From an uncultured Bacteroidota bacterium (GTDB lineage: Bacteria > Bacteroidota > Bacteroidia > Bacteroidales > UBA12481): a DNA stretch of 64,000 nt. Below, one piece after another: positions 1 to 8,809 of this stretch. The translations under genes were made by a program, and so were the position numbers. Location of the stretch: the NCBI GenBank assembly GCA_942493265.1, contig OW818688.1, positions 2,121,467 to 2,185,466 on the forward strand. The letters run 5' to 3'. The notes under the pieces were generated by a model. It made no database searches and had not been told where the DNA came from. It saw only the letters and a list, made by a program, of their open reading frames with translations. How positions within the stretch are numbered: position 1 is the stretch's first letter; each line of letters opens with the position of its first letter.

Positions 1-252
1 GTTACCTGCAACAGTTCCGTCAGCATCTTTTTTTGCATGGAAGGAGAAGTGCTGGAACCTCTCATTGAAGATCAGTGCACCCTGTCCATTGGCTGAAACA
101 CCCGGACCGTTTGCATTTCCAGCTTTCAGACTGATCGGATTGCCCGCCCCACCGGCTGCATTCAGATCAGTATTAACACTTTCCTTCTGGCATGAGCCCA
201 GGAACAACACGGCAGCTACTGCCACCGCTGAAAAATGTAGTTTATAATTCAT
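1..252 (-). CDS. Hypothetical lipoprotein, N-terminal part only (gene runs off the left edge)
   Basis: The reverse-strand ATG at 252..250 opens a frame that stays open to nt 1 (84 codons). It reads MNYKLHFSAVAVAAVLFLGSCQKE..., a signal peptide with a lipobox Cys. It is absent from the ORF track because no stop lies inside the window. Confidence 0.5.
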   Translation of the reverse strand, partial: MNYKLHFSAVAVAAVLFLGSCQKESVNTDLNAAGGAGNPISLKAGNANGPGVSANGQGALIFNERFQHFSFHAKKDADGTVAGN

Positions 253-446
253 AGGTTTTTTATTTTGTAACGATTATAAATAACATACAACGCAGCATTA
301 GAAATTCCTTTTGGATTGTTTGATTCCACGCCTATTTAACTAAAAATTAACAAAAGGAGGTTAAACAAAATCTATAAATACTTAAACAAAACAAGCCATT
401 TGCGAATGCTGCAGATACGGTTACTTTTACGGTCAGGAGGTACAAT

Positions 447-1091
447 ATGATTAAAGGGGTATTGTTTGATATGGACGGAGTGCTGGTGGATTCGGAAGAA
501 TTCATGTGTGAAGCGGCCATCCGGATGTTTGCGGAAAAAGGATGGACGGTGACCAAAGAAGATTTTGCTCCATTCGTTGGGATGGGTGAAAACCGATATC
601 TCGGCGGGGTAGCAGAAAAATATGGTGTGGAATTCGATCTGGAAACCGATAAAACCAGGGCTTATGCCATTTATGCGGATATCACGGCGGGTAAATTGTT
701 TCCGCTGCCCGGAGTTCATGATTTTGTCATGCGGTGTAAAAACCATTCCTTAAAACTCGCGGTGGCCACAAGTGCCGACCGGGTAAAGATGGAGATCAAC
801 CTGCTGGCCCTTCAACTGCCTGACGGCACATTCAATCAAACGGTAAACGGATTGGAGGTGGAGCGTAAAAAGCCTTTCCCGGATATTTATCTGGAGGCGG
901 CTCTCCGGCTTCAGTTAAAACCAGAGGAGTGCCTGGTGGTGGAGGATGCGGTAAGTGGTATCGATGCAGCACTTGCCGCAGGCTGTAAATGTCTGGCGCT
1001 TAAAACCAGCTTTCCTCCGGAGCTCCTGGGTAACGCAAACTGGATATGCAATACCCTGGCCGACGCCCCGGAGGAATCAATCAGCTGGTAA
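447..1091 (+). CDS. HAD-IA family hydrolase (beta-phosphoglucomutase-like phosphatase)
   Basis: 214-aa ORF with HAD motif I DxDGxL (LFDMDGVLVDSE), a motif II Thr/Ser (VATSA) and a C-terminal acidic motif (VVEDAVSGIDAA). Confidence 0.85.
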   Translation: MIKGVLFDMDGVLVDSEEFMCEAAIRMFAEKGWTVTKEDFAPFVGMGENRYLGGVAEKYGVEFDLETDKTRAYAIYADITAGKLFPLPGVHDFVMRCKNHSLKLAVATSADRVKMEINLLALQLPDGTFNQTVNGLEVERKKPFPDIYLEAALRLQLKPEECLVVEDAVSGIDAALAAGCKCLALKTSFPPELLGNANWICNTLADAPEESISW

Positions 1092-4000
1092 CTATTTCTT
1101 GTATAATCCTTTTGCGGTACGGTCTTCCAGTTTCGGTGCCGGGGTGATTTTTGGCGGTGCAACTTTTAACAGTTTCATCACTTCTTCCACCACTTTCTCC
1201 ATTTGCGGATCCCTTCCCTGAACCAGGATATTCGGGTCGTCCCATACCGGGAAATCGGGTGAAACGCCCACACCTTCCCAGAACCAGTGACCGTCATTGT
1301 CGTACAGTCGGGCATCCGGAACGGTAATATTGCCGCCATCTATCAGCGAGTGGCCGGTAGCCGGTCCCACCAGAATTCCCAGCGTGCGTTCCCCTACAAT
1401 CGGACCTGCCTTTAGCTCCTGGAATGCCCATGGCAAACCGTCGCCGCCCGATCCGGCCCAGCCGTTGATCAGCATACCTTTCGGACCGTTATTGGTTTTA
1501 ACGGGCTGGGTATGATCGCGGCCATGACGCCAGTGCAGGTTGTACACCACCGGCCGCTTCAGCAGCTCCAGAAACCTGTCGGCCAGGGCACCGCCGGCAT
1601 TGAACCGTTCATCGATGATGAATCCGTCTTTCTCCAGCTGGCCGTAAAACATCTTCACCAATTCAAGCTGACCTTGTGCGGAAGTATTTGACATATAGAT
1701 ATATCCGAGTTTGCCTCCGGATAGTTTATCTACCATTTTGCGGTTATTCTCGATCCATTCCAGATAACGGAGATTCGATTCTTCACCCCCGGTGAGGCAT
1801 TTAACCGTGATTTTCTCGCTATCTTCCACTTTACCTGTTTTACTCACCGTTAGCGCTACCGTTTTGCCCGATAAGCCCTCAAAGGGTGCATAAGGATCCA
1901 TTTTCGGATCCAGATTCACCCCGTTTACAGCCAGAATATAATCACCCACACCGGTTTTAACTCCCGGCAGGTCAAAGGGTGAACGTGCATCGGTATCCCA
2001 GGCTGCCGGGGTCACGATCCTTTTAATTTTATATAATCCGTTTTCCAGGGTCAGGTCGACACCCAGGAATCCCGACGACAAGGAACGAACACTTTCCAGA
2101 TCACCACCGGAGCTGTAGGTATGTCCGGCGGCCAGCTCCGATACCAGCTGCGACTGAATGGTATTGATATCCGAGCGGGTTCGGGCAAAATCCACCAATG
2201 AGCCATACCGGGTGCGCATTTCGTTCCAGTCAACACCCTGCATGTTGGGGTCATAGAAGAAATCGCGGTGACGGCGCCAGGTATCATTGAAAATCTGCTT
2301 CCACTCTTCACGCGGTACCAGGTCCATTACCAGGTCCCCTGTTGGAATGGCCTTTTCAATTTTCTGTGCGGCGGCAGGCTGAATAATGCCATATTTTCCC
2401 TGGCTCGAAACCAGCAATGATTTACCATCAGCCGTTACAATCACCCGTCCCACCTCGGAAATCACGGGTTTCTCCTCACGTGAAACCAAATCGTACACCA
2501 CCAGCGAGGAGGTACGGTCACCCGATCCGGTATTTGCGGAACGCAGGTAAACGATCTTCCCCTCAAAGGCTTTCACACCCCGGATGTTGCCGGCTTTTGC
2601 CGGAAGTATCACGGATCTGGATTCAATATTGTCGAAATCAACTTTGACCACCACCTTGGCAGTGTCCTTGGCAGCTTTCTTTTCTTCCAGCTCATCATTT
2701 TTTGCATATAAAAGCGACGGCGCATCTTTTGTGAGGCTGAGGGCCGCAATCTGGGTGGAATTCGGATAGATCCAGGTTCCGTCGTTGAGATCCGAATATT
2801 CGGCCGTCATATTGCGGTTGGTCAGATAAAACAGGTACTTGCCGTCGGTGCTGAATACCGGATCGTTGTCGTTGTAAAACCCGCTGGTAGCCTGCCGGCT
2901 TTTACCGGATTCCATTTCATAGATATAGAGTGCATTGTTGCCGTTTTCCAAGGCCTGGGTGAAAGTGATCCATTTTGAATCGGGCGACCACGAGATGGTG
3001 AATCCCGGGGCACCGCCATGACCCTGGGTATCCAGGGTATTGCCGATATTGACGGTTTTGCCGCTTTCAGCATCGATAACATATATAGTGTTCGTTTCAT
3101 CGATAAAGGCGATTTTTTTGCTGTCGGGCGACCAGTTCAGCGTGTACCCGTAACCTTTTCCCCGTTTCGAGAGTTTTTTCGGTCCTGATGCGTCGGCAAC
3201 AGCCTGCAGCCAGATCTCGAATTCCCCGTCGCGGTCGCTCCAGCAGGCAATGGTTTTTCCATCAGGCGACCACGAAGGATCACGGTCGAAGGCTCCGCTT
3301 GAATTGGTCAGGTTGATCACATAACCTTCGGTTGCCGGTACATTGAACAGCTCACCGCGGGCCTCGAAAATAATGCGCTTGCCTCCGGGGGAGGCGGTCA
3401 TATTGTTTATCTGCTGTCCAACATTTACCGAACGTGGCATTTCCACGGAAAGGTCGGATACCACATTGACCTCCACCGGCTTGTATTTTTGCGATGCCAG
3501 ATCCATCAGGTAAAGGGTGCCGCCTGCCTCAAAAACGATATCGGTTTTTCCGGCCGACATATGGGTGACGTCAAAATCCCTGATTTTAGTGATCTGACTG
3601 CTTTGCTTGCTTTTTGTATCGTATACCCAGATATTCAGACGCATATTTTCATCGCGATCCGACAGGAAATAGATCTTGTCACCCACCCAGGCAGGCTTTC
3701 CGTCGATAGCATCTGTTTTGGTAATGTTTTCTGCAGTATTGGCTTTCAGGTCAAACACGATGACATCCGAGGCCATCCCGCCGCGATATCTTTTAAACGG
3801 ATAATTCTCGGTAATGCGGGTTATATAGGCCAACTGATTCCCGTCGGGCGAGTAGCTTGCCAGGATGGCATACGGAACTTTCAGCTTCTCAGGGAATCCG
3901 CCGGTGGCGTCAACCAGATAGAGATTGGTCATAGCTCCGCGTCCGCTTTCCCGTGCCGATGAAAACAACAGCCGCTTCCCGTCGGGATGCCAGTCGACCA

Positions 4001-4337
4001 GCTGGTCGCCGAATGAGTGGTAGGTAACTCTCAACGGCAATCCGCCGTTTGAAGGGATCACAAAAACATCGGCATTCCCATTGTATAATGCAGTGTAAGC
4101 GATCGACCTTCCATCGGGCGAAAACCTCGGTGAGGATTCCTCTCCCGGGGAATGGGTAACCTGAATGGCGGTACCGCCGGTTTTGGGCATCACCCAGATA
4201 TCACCTCCATACACAAAAGTAATTTGATTATCAGATACATCCATGTATTTCATCAGCCTTGCGCTGATTTGTGCATCGGTTACCTGAACCATCAGAAGGG
4301 TAAGTGCTAAAAGAAATAGTTTTTTCATTTTTTTCAT
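1092..4337 (-). CDS. Tricorn-like S41 family protease, paralog 1 (TolB-like beta-propellers + PDZ-like + C-terminal peptidase)
   Basis: The 1103-aa track ORF is trimmed to MKKMKK at 4337, which directly precedes a signal peptide (LFLLALTLLMVQVTDAQ). It has repeated SPDG..IA(Y/F) propeller blades. The C-terminal core carries NGWAGSGGD, which resembles the tricorn nucleophile motif as I recall it. Confidence 0.85.
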   Translation of the reverse strand: MKKMKKLFLLALTLLMVQVTDAQISARLMKYMDVSDNQITFVYGGDIWVMPKTGGTAIQVTHSPGEESSPRFSPDGRSIAYTALYNGNADVFVIPSNGGLPLRVTYHSFGDQLVDWHPDGKRLLFSSARESGRGAMTNLYLVDATGGFPEKLKVPYAILASYSPDGNQLAYITRITENYPFKRYRGGMASDVIVFDLKANTAENITKTDAIDGKPAWVGDKIYFLSDRDENMRLNIWVYDTKSKQSSQITKIRDFDVTHMSAGKTDIVFEAGGTLYLMDLASQKYKPVEVNVVSDLSVEMPRSVNVGQQINNMTASPGGKRIIFEARGELFNVPATEGYVINLTNSSGAFDRDPSWSPDGKTIACWSDRDGEFEIWLQAVADASGPKKLSKRGKGYGYTLNWSPDSKKIAFIDETNTIYVIDAESGKTVNIGNTLDTQGHGGAPGFTISWSPDSKWITFTQALENGNNALYIYEMESGKSRQATSGFYNDNDPVFSTDGKYLFYLTNRNMTAEYSDLNDGTWIYPNSTQIAALSLTKDAPSLLYAKNDELEEKKAAKDTAKVVVKVDFDNIESRSVILPAKAGNIRGVKAFEGKIVYLRSANTGSGDRTSSLVVYDLVSREEKPVISEVGRVIVTADGKSLLVSSQGKYGIIQPAAAQKIEKAIPTGDLVMDLVPREEWKQIFNDTWRRHRDFFYDPNMQGVDWNEMRTRYGSLVDFARTRSDINTIQSQLVSELAAGHTYSSGGDLESVRSLSSGFLGVDLTLENGLYKIKRIVTPAAWDTDARSPFDLPGVKTGVGDYILAVNGVNLDPKMDPYAPFEGLSGKTVALTVSKTGKVEDSEKITVKCLTGGEESNLRYLEWIENNRKMVDKLSGGKLGYIYMSNTSAQGQLELVKMFYGQLEKDGFIIDERFNAGGALADRFLELLKRPVVYNLHWRHGRDHTQPVKTNNGPKGMLINGWAGSGGDGLPWAFQELKAGPIVGERTLGILVGPATGHSLIDGGNITVPDARLYDNDGHWFWEGVGVSPDFPVWDDPNILVQGRDPQMEKVVEEVMKLLKVAPPKITPAPKLEDRTAKGLYKK

Positions 4338-4523
4338 AAGGTTAGAGGGATAAAGATATTTGTTTTTATATCGGGAAATGAGCCATTTGTCAACCGGAAA
4401 CACACGGATGTAAACTGCATATCAATCAGTGTGATTGGGTTTTTGGTTTAACACCTGCAGGCTCCGGTTTGTTTAATTTTCAGAATAGTCAATTCGAATA
4501 CCATCATTCTGAATAACTTATGC

Positions 4524-4531
4524 TATCTTTG
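4524..4531 (+). promoter_or_regulatory. Candidate Bacteroidota -7 promoter box (TATCTTTG, TAnnTTTG consensus)
   Basis: Exact TAnnTTTG match about 95 nt upstream of the ATG at 4627. Confidence 0.35.
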
Positions 4532-4626
4532 CATTCTGCTTCAGTGCTCCCTCACCGGGAAAACGACCAGGCTGAACGCCACAGCGGTCATTTGAGGCAG
4601 ATCGAAATGATTCAAATAGTTTACCC

Positions 4627-4890
4627 ATGACAATTAACAGTTTTTCAGCTCCCGAAACGGACCGTTACGGTTTTGCCCGGAGATTCCTTGTGTGTACTGA
4701 TCAGGAATTGGTTGCGGCTTTTAACCGCGAAGTCGGTAAAGAGAACTGGGTTAACGGCCGTGCCGACTACCTTTTCCACCTTCACAAGGAAATGATAGGC
4801 AGGGAACTCGACTGTTCAGCCGTCAGCAATGGAAGAAGCCTCAGCATGACCCGACGGGTTACCCTTATCGATAACAGGCTGGTAGTTTAA
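4627..4890 (+). CDS. Hypothetical protein (87 aa), no family recognised
   Basis: It is the only ORF in a 500-bp gap between two convergent/divergent genes and is preceded by a TAnnTTTG box. I recognise no motifs. Confidence 0.4.
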   Translation: MTINSFSAPETDRYGFARRFLVCTDQELVAAFNREVGKENWVNGRADYLFHLHKEMIGRELDCSAVSNGRSLSMTRRVTLIDNRLVV

Positions 4891-4906
4891 GCAGCTGTTG
4901 TATTCT

Positions 4907-7156
4907 TTATCCCGGCTTTCTTATATTAAACGGGATTCTCAGGTTAAAGGAGATATTTCTGCCCGGATTAAAGGCACCAACTTCCTTAAGCGTTGACAGG
5001 TGATCGATATATTTTTTATCGAGCAGGTTATTTGCTTGTATACTTATGGTAATCACCTGGTTAATGATCGTGATATTTCCCCCGATACCCATATCGAGCA
5101 ACGTGTACCCTGGCGTATTGGTTTCGTCGGGCGCCAACCGGTCCTGCTTAAATGCAGTGAGCGTGTTGATTGAAAAATAAGCCGTTTGCAGAAACAAGAG
5201 CTTTTCCCTCTCCGCCCTGAATTCAAACTGAAGTTTATGTGCCGGAACAAATGGGAGATAATCCCCATTCTCCTGCTTCCCAACCACTGAAGCAAAGGAA
5301 GTTACCACATGAAGCCACTCCACGGCCTTCGGGTGAATGTGTAAACCCGCCTCACCCCCGTACAGCTTCGAATTACTCTGCATATAGCGGTAAATGGGAA
5401 TTCCCGGAGATATTTCTTCACCGGTTGGTGTGATAAAAATGTAATGATTGATTTTGTTGTAAAATCCTGCCAGGTCGATAGTAAAGTGATCCTTGTGCAC
5501 ATGAAGGCTCACATCCGATTCGAGTGAATTTTCAGGCACCAGCGTGGGATCCCCGATTTCGAAACGCAACTCATGCTGTCCCCGCGAGGTTAATTCCGCC
5601 AGGTTGGGCGTGCGGTAACCGGCAGCCAGGTTGGCCCTGAACAATATCTCATCCGTAAGATTATAAGTGGACCCCAGCGACCCGCTGAAACTTCCGTATT
5701 TCTTATCCAGAACCGGGCGGAATGCCAGGGTATCGGTTTCCGGGCCGATCGACCGGGTGACAAGTGTTTTACGGTCATAGCGGAGGCCGGTCTGCAGACG
5801 GAGCTTCCTGAAAAAGGTGTGCTGAAGCAGTCCGAAAACCGAATGATTGCTGATCGCGGCATCCTGTAGTACAATGGTTTTCCGGTTATTCAGATTGGTG
5901 TTGTTTTGATTGAATCCTTGAAAACCAACGATATACTCTGAATAATGATCAGATGGCAGATAGAGTTTGGCTTCATAGGATAACGTGGCTAGCCTCATCT
6001 GGATTTCCCGGATATTCAATTCCCCGGCATGCATCAAATCTGTATTTTGATACGCCGAGTTCAGGTCGAGCTTGAATTTGCCCAGATAAAGCTTGTTTTG
6101 CGACGACAACAGGTGAGTATTGAACTCCTGATAAAAGATTTCGTTCTTCCTGCCGCGTATGGATATTTCTTCAACAGCCTCCTCTTCAACCAATCCAAGT
6201 TTTTGATTATTATAATCATAGAATAATTTGAAGGTCCCGGTTTTATCGGTGTATCCGGCATTCGCCTTCAGCGAGATTTCATTGAAACGCGAGTTTGGAA
6301 CAAATTCTCCTCCTCCCTGAAGAAAATCAGCATGGGACTTTTGTCCGGCCCGGATGCCGCCAAAGAATTTTTTCGAGGCTCCCTTGATCCCCAGATTGTT
6401 TGATACCCCTTGTGTGTTGGTGAAAAACTGAGCATTCAGGTCCCCGGCAATGGTCCCGACCGGCGCCGGTTTTTCCTTGATAAAATTGATCACTCCGCCT
6501 ATGGCATCCGAGCCATAGAGCAGTGAAGCCGGACCTTTGATGATCTCAATATCCGCAATTCCAAATTCGTCAATGCCCAGGGGGTGATGACTGGAATATT
6601 GGTAGTTCTCAAACCGTACCCCATTATTCAGTATCAGGATATCATTCATCGATAGTCCCCGAATCACAGGCTTCGATACTCCGCTGCCCTTGGATATCAT
6701 ATCCACGCCCGGCACCCGGGTAAGAACTTCTGCAAAATTCGGGGTGATTTTGATCTCTCCAGGATTCATCTTCAGTACCTCGATTTTAACGGCATTTTCA
6801 TGCTGGGTAGAGTTATATCCCCCCGAAACCACCACTTCATCCACCTCAATCGGGGACTCCTTTAGCAGGATATCCAGAACAATGCTTCCGCCGTTGAGGT
6901 CAACCGTTTCAATCCGGCTGATGCATCCTAAAAATGAATATAGAATTTTGAGTTTCCCGTTTGGCAGATTCGTCACCTCATATTCGCCGGATTCTGAAGA
7001 GATTGTCCCCTTGTTCATCTCAGGAATGAAGATCGTGGCACCTGGCATCGGCTCATTATCCTGTCCGGTAATTCTGCCGGATATCCGGTTCTGCGTGAAG
7101 GCCATACCGGCCCATGCCAGCATGCTTAAGAGTATAATCCGTTTTTTCATTCCCAT
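4907..7156 (-). CDS. TonB-dependent receptor with N-terminal CarboxypepD_reg-like domain
   Basis: The track ORF is trimmed to MGMKKRIILLSMLAWAGMAFTQ (ATG at 7156), because the upstream 30 codons are read through a repeat element. It has a CarboxypepD_reg segment (ISGRITGQDNEPMPGATIFI), a plug (PGVDMISKGSGVSKPVIRGLSMNDILILNNGVRFEN...GGVINFI) and a long beta-barrel region. Confidence 0.85.
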   Translation of the reverse strand: MGMKKRIILLSMLAWAGMAFTQNRISGRITGQDNEPMPGATIFIPEMNKGTISSESGEYEVTNLPNGKLKILYSFLGCISRIETVDLNGGSIVLDILLKESPIEVDEVVVSGGYNSTQHENAVKIEVLKMNPGEIKITPNFAEVLTRVPGVDMISKGSGVSKPVIRGLSMNDILILNNGVRFENYQYSSHHPLGIDEFGIADIEIIKGPASLLYGSDAIGGVINFIKEKPAPVGTIAGDLNAQFFTNTQGVSNNLGIKGASKKFFGGIRAGQKSHADFLQGGGEFVPNSRFNEISLKANAGYTDKTGTFKLFYDYNNQKLGLVEEEAVEEISIRGRKNEIFYQEFNTHLLSSQNKLYLGKFKLDLNSAYQNTDLMHAGELNIREIQMRLATLSYEAKLYLPSDHYSEYIVGFQGFNQNNTNLNNRKTIVLQDAAISNHSVFGLLQHTFFRKLRLQTGLRYDRKTLVTRSIGPETDTLAFRPVLDKKYGSFSGSLGSTYNLTDEILFRANLAAGYRTPNLAELTSRGQHELRFEIGDPTLVPENSLESDVSLHVHKDHFTIDLAGFYNKINHYIFITPTGEEISPGIPIYRYMQSNSKLYGGEAGLHIHPKAVEWLHVVTSFASVVGKQENGDYLPFVPAHKLQFEFRAEREKLLFLQTAYFSINTLTAFKQDRLAPDETNTPGYTLLDMGIGGNITIINQVITISIQANNLLDKKYIDHLSTLKEVGAFNPGRNISFNLRIPFNIRKPG

Positions 7157-7222
7157 CGTTAAAGCGAAGCATTTAAACGGATCAGCTCCATAAATGTTCA
7201 AATCGCCCCGGCTATCTCCCTT

Positions 7223-7242
7223 CCCTCGGAGAAGTGTCATCC
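7223..7242. repeat. Solo 20-mer of hairpin-repeat family A (CCCTCGGAGAAGTGTCATCC)
   Basis: The same 20-mer recurs at about 36930, 49400, 49432 and 57355, and as a 19-mer (first C absent) at 54814. Here it contains the stop codon (7237..7239) of the upstream gene. Confidence 0.8.
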
Positions 7243-8724
7243 GCACTTACCCTTCCAGTAATACGGCATCCCCACCAGCAAATAACTCATCCGGCCGGAA
7301 AGATCGGTGAGCTTAAGTCCGGCAGGAACAATGCGCCATTCCCGGTGAACAGATATTTTCTGAATGGAACTGAACAGGATCGGCGTGGAGGTACCATCTT
7401 CCGCCACAAAAACAATCCGATCAGGAAATAGCACAATGCGCCCGGCATTGGTATCGTCCTTCTCCTCTTCCTCCGAATACACCAGCCAGGCTTCGGCGGA
7501 GAGGGAATCGGGCTCCTCGCCCGGACAGGGAGTAAGTGCCATGAGCCGTTTCCATTTACGGCGATGTACCAACACGGCAAAGGTTAAATACAGGAGCATG
7601 ATGGGTATGATCCCGACCATCCAGGCAGTTATTCCGGAAACACCACCTCCGGGAATTTTTGAAAAGATCCACAGGGTACTGCCCAGACCAGATATTATGA
7701 AAATCAGGTTAAAATACAGGTAATGATGGCGGTATATCCAATCCGAAAGGGAGAGATACTGAATTCCTAGCAAAACCAGGGCTAACAGAACAATTACCAG
7801 AACGATGACTAAAAATCCGTCAGGATCGGAAATTACTTTGAAAAACGAACTGGCGATAATTGCCAGCAAAAATAGCCGGCTTGCTGCCTGCTTTATTTTC
7901 GGAAACCGGGAAACTTTCAGATTCACCGGTTCAATCCCTCTCTTAGCCTGCCTTCTGCGGATCAACCTGCTGATAACAAAAATGATCAGTAAGAGCAGTG
8001 CTGCTATAACTATAAAAAATTCGCCGGTCACATTTCTCATGAAAACCGCCAGGAATTCCTTCCTTCCTTTAAAGATGAGGTCGTTAGCCGGTATTGGCCG
8101 GTTGATTTCCGGATAATACCGGGTGATGGCATTATTGACGGGACTGGTGAATTGCCTGATCAGCAAAGAATCCTCGTCCACCCAGATTTTCATTCCGGTA
8201 CGGATACTGTCGCCATTATGCAGAACATAGCAAATCTGGCCATCCAGGGTATCCATTCCGAATAATTTCATTTCACCATTGCCATGCAGAATATGCCTGC
8301 CATCAATGGTGCCCGGCATCAGCAACCGGGGTACCGTGTGGCTCGCACCCATCGAAACGCCTGTGGCTGCCGCCGTGCAGGATGCATAGTCGCCATCAGT
8401 ACGTGTCCAGGATTTCATAAAGCTGTACCCATGAATGGTTCCGGTGGAATCCCACTGGAATCCGTAAAATGAGAGCGGCTCAAACCGGGTGTGGTAACTG
8501 AACCGGAACACGCGGTTGCGCTCGAAAACGGTTTTAAAAGGCTGCACTCTGTTATTGGGCAGAACAAGTCCCTCCTGTGAGTAACTCGCTTTACCGTGAT
8601 CCCGGTAGGTTTTTGCGTTTGCATACACCGAATCGATTTGGCGCAGCAGGGTTTCAACACGTGAATTCTGTGAAAAGGAAGGAAAAAAGATCAGAGAGAG
8701 GAGAAATGCAAAAATGGTTTTCAT
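7237..8724 (-). CDS. Hypothetical polytopic membrane protein (secreted N-terminal domain, about 5-6 TM helices, C-terminal soluble domain)
   Basis: 495-aa ORF with a signal peptide (MKTIFAFLLSLIFFPSFSQ). It has a roughly 210-aa soluble region, a hydrophobic block (FFIVIAALLLLIIFVI ... IIPIMLLYLTFAVLV) and a roughly 100-aa acidic C-terminal domain. It lies upstream of, and on the same strand as, the TonB-dependent receptor. Confidence 0.7.
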   Translation of the reverse strand: MKTIFAFLLSLIFFPSFSQNSRVETLLRQIDSVYANAKTYRDHGKASYSQEGLVLPNNRVQPFKTVFERNRVFRFSYHTRFEPLSFYGFQWDSTGTIHGYSFMKSWTRTDGDYASCTAAATGVSMGASHTVPRLLMPGTIDGRHILHGNGEMKLFGMDTLDGQICYVLHNGDSIRTGMKIWVDEDSLLIRQFTSPVNNAITRYYPEINRPIPANDLIFKGRKEFLAVFMRNVTGEFFIVIAALLLLIIFVISRLIRRRQAKRGIEPVNLKVSRFPKIKQAASRLFLLAIIASSFFKVISDPDGFLVIVLVIVLLALVLLGIQYLSLSDWIYRHHYLYFNLIFIISGLGSTLWIFSKIPGGGVSGITAWMVGIIPIMLLYLTFAVLVHRRKWKRLMALTPCPGEEPDSLSAEAWLVYSEEEEKDDTNAGRIVLFPDRIVFVAEDGTSTPILFSSIQKISVHREWRIVPAGLKLTDLSGRMSYLLVGMPYYWKGKCG

Positions 8725-8809
8725 CGTAGGTGGTTGGATCTTCTAAAGGTAATTACATTTCAGGAAATTCTTGCCTACTTTTAGCCGGTCCAAAAAATGC
8801 GCAATTATT

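Noticed and set aside
65-247. Track ORF 65..247 (+), 60 aa
   Set aside because: It is antisense to a better-supported reverse-strand lipoprotein start (signal peptide plus lipobox) that stays open to the window edge.
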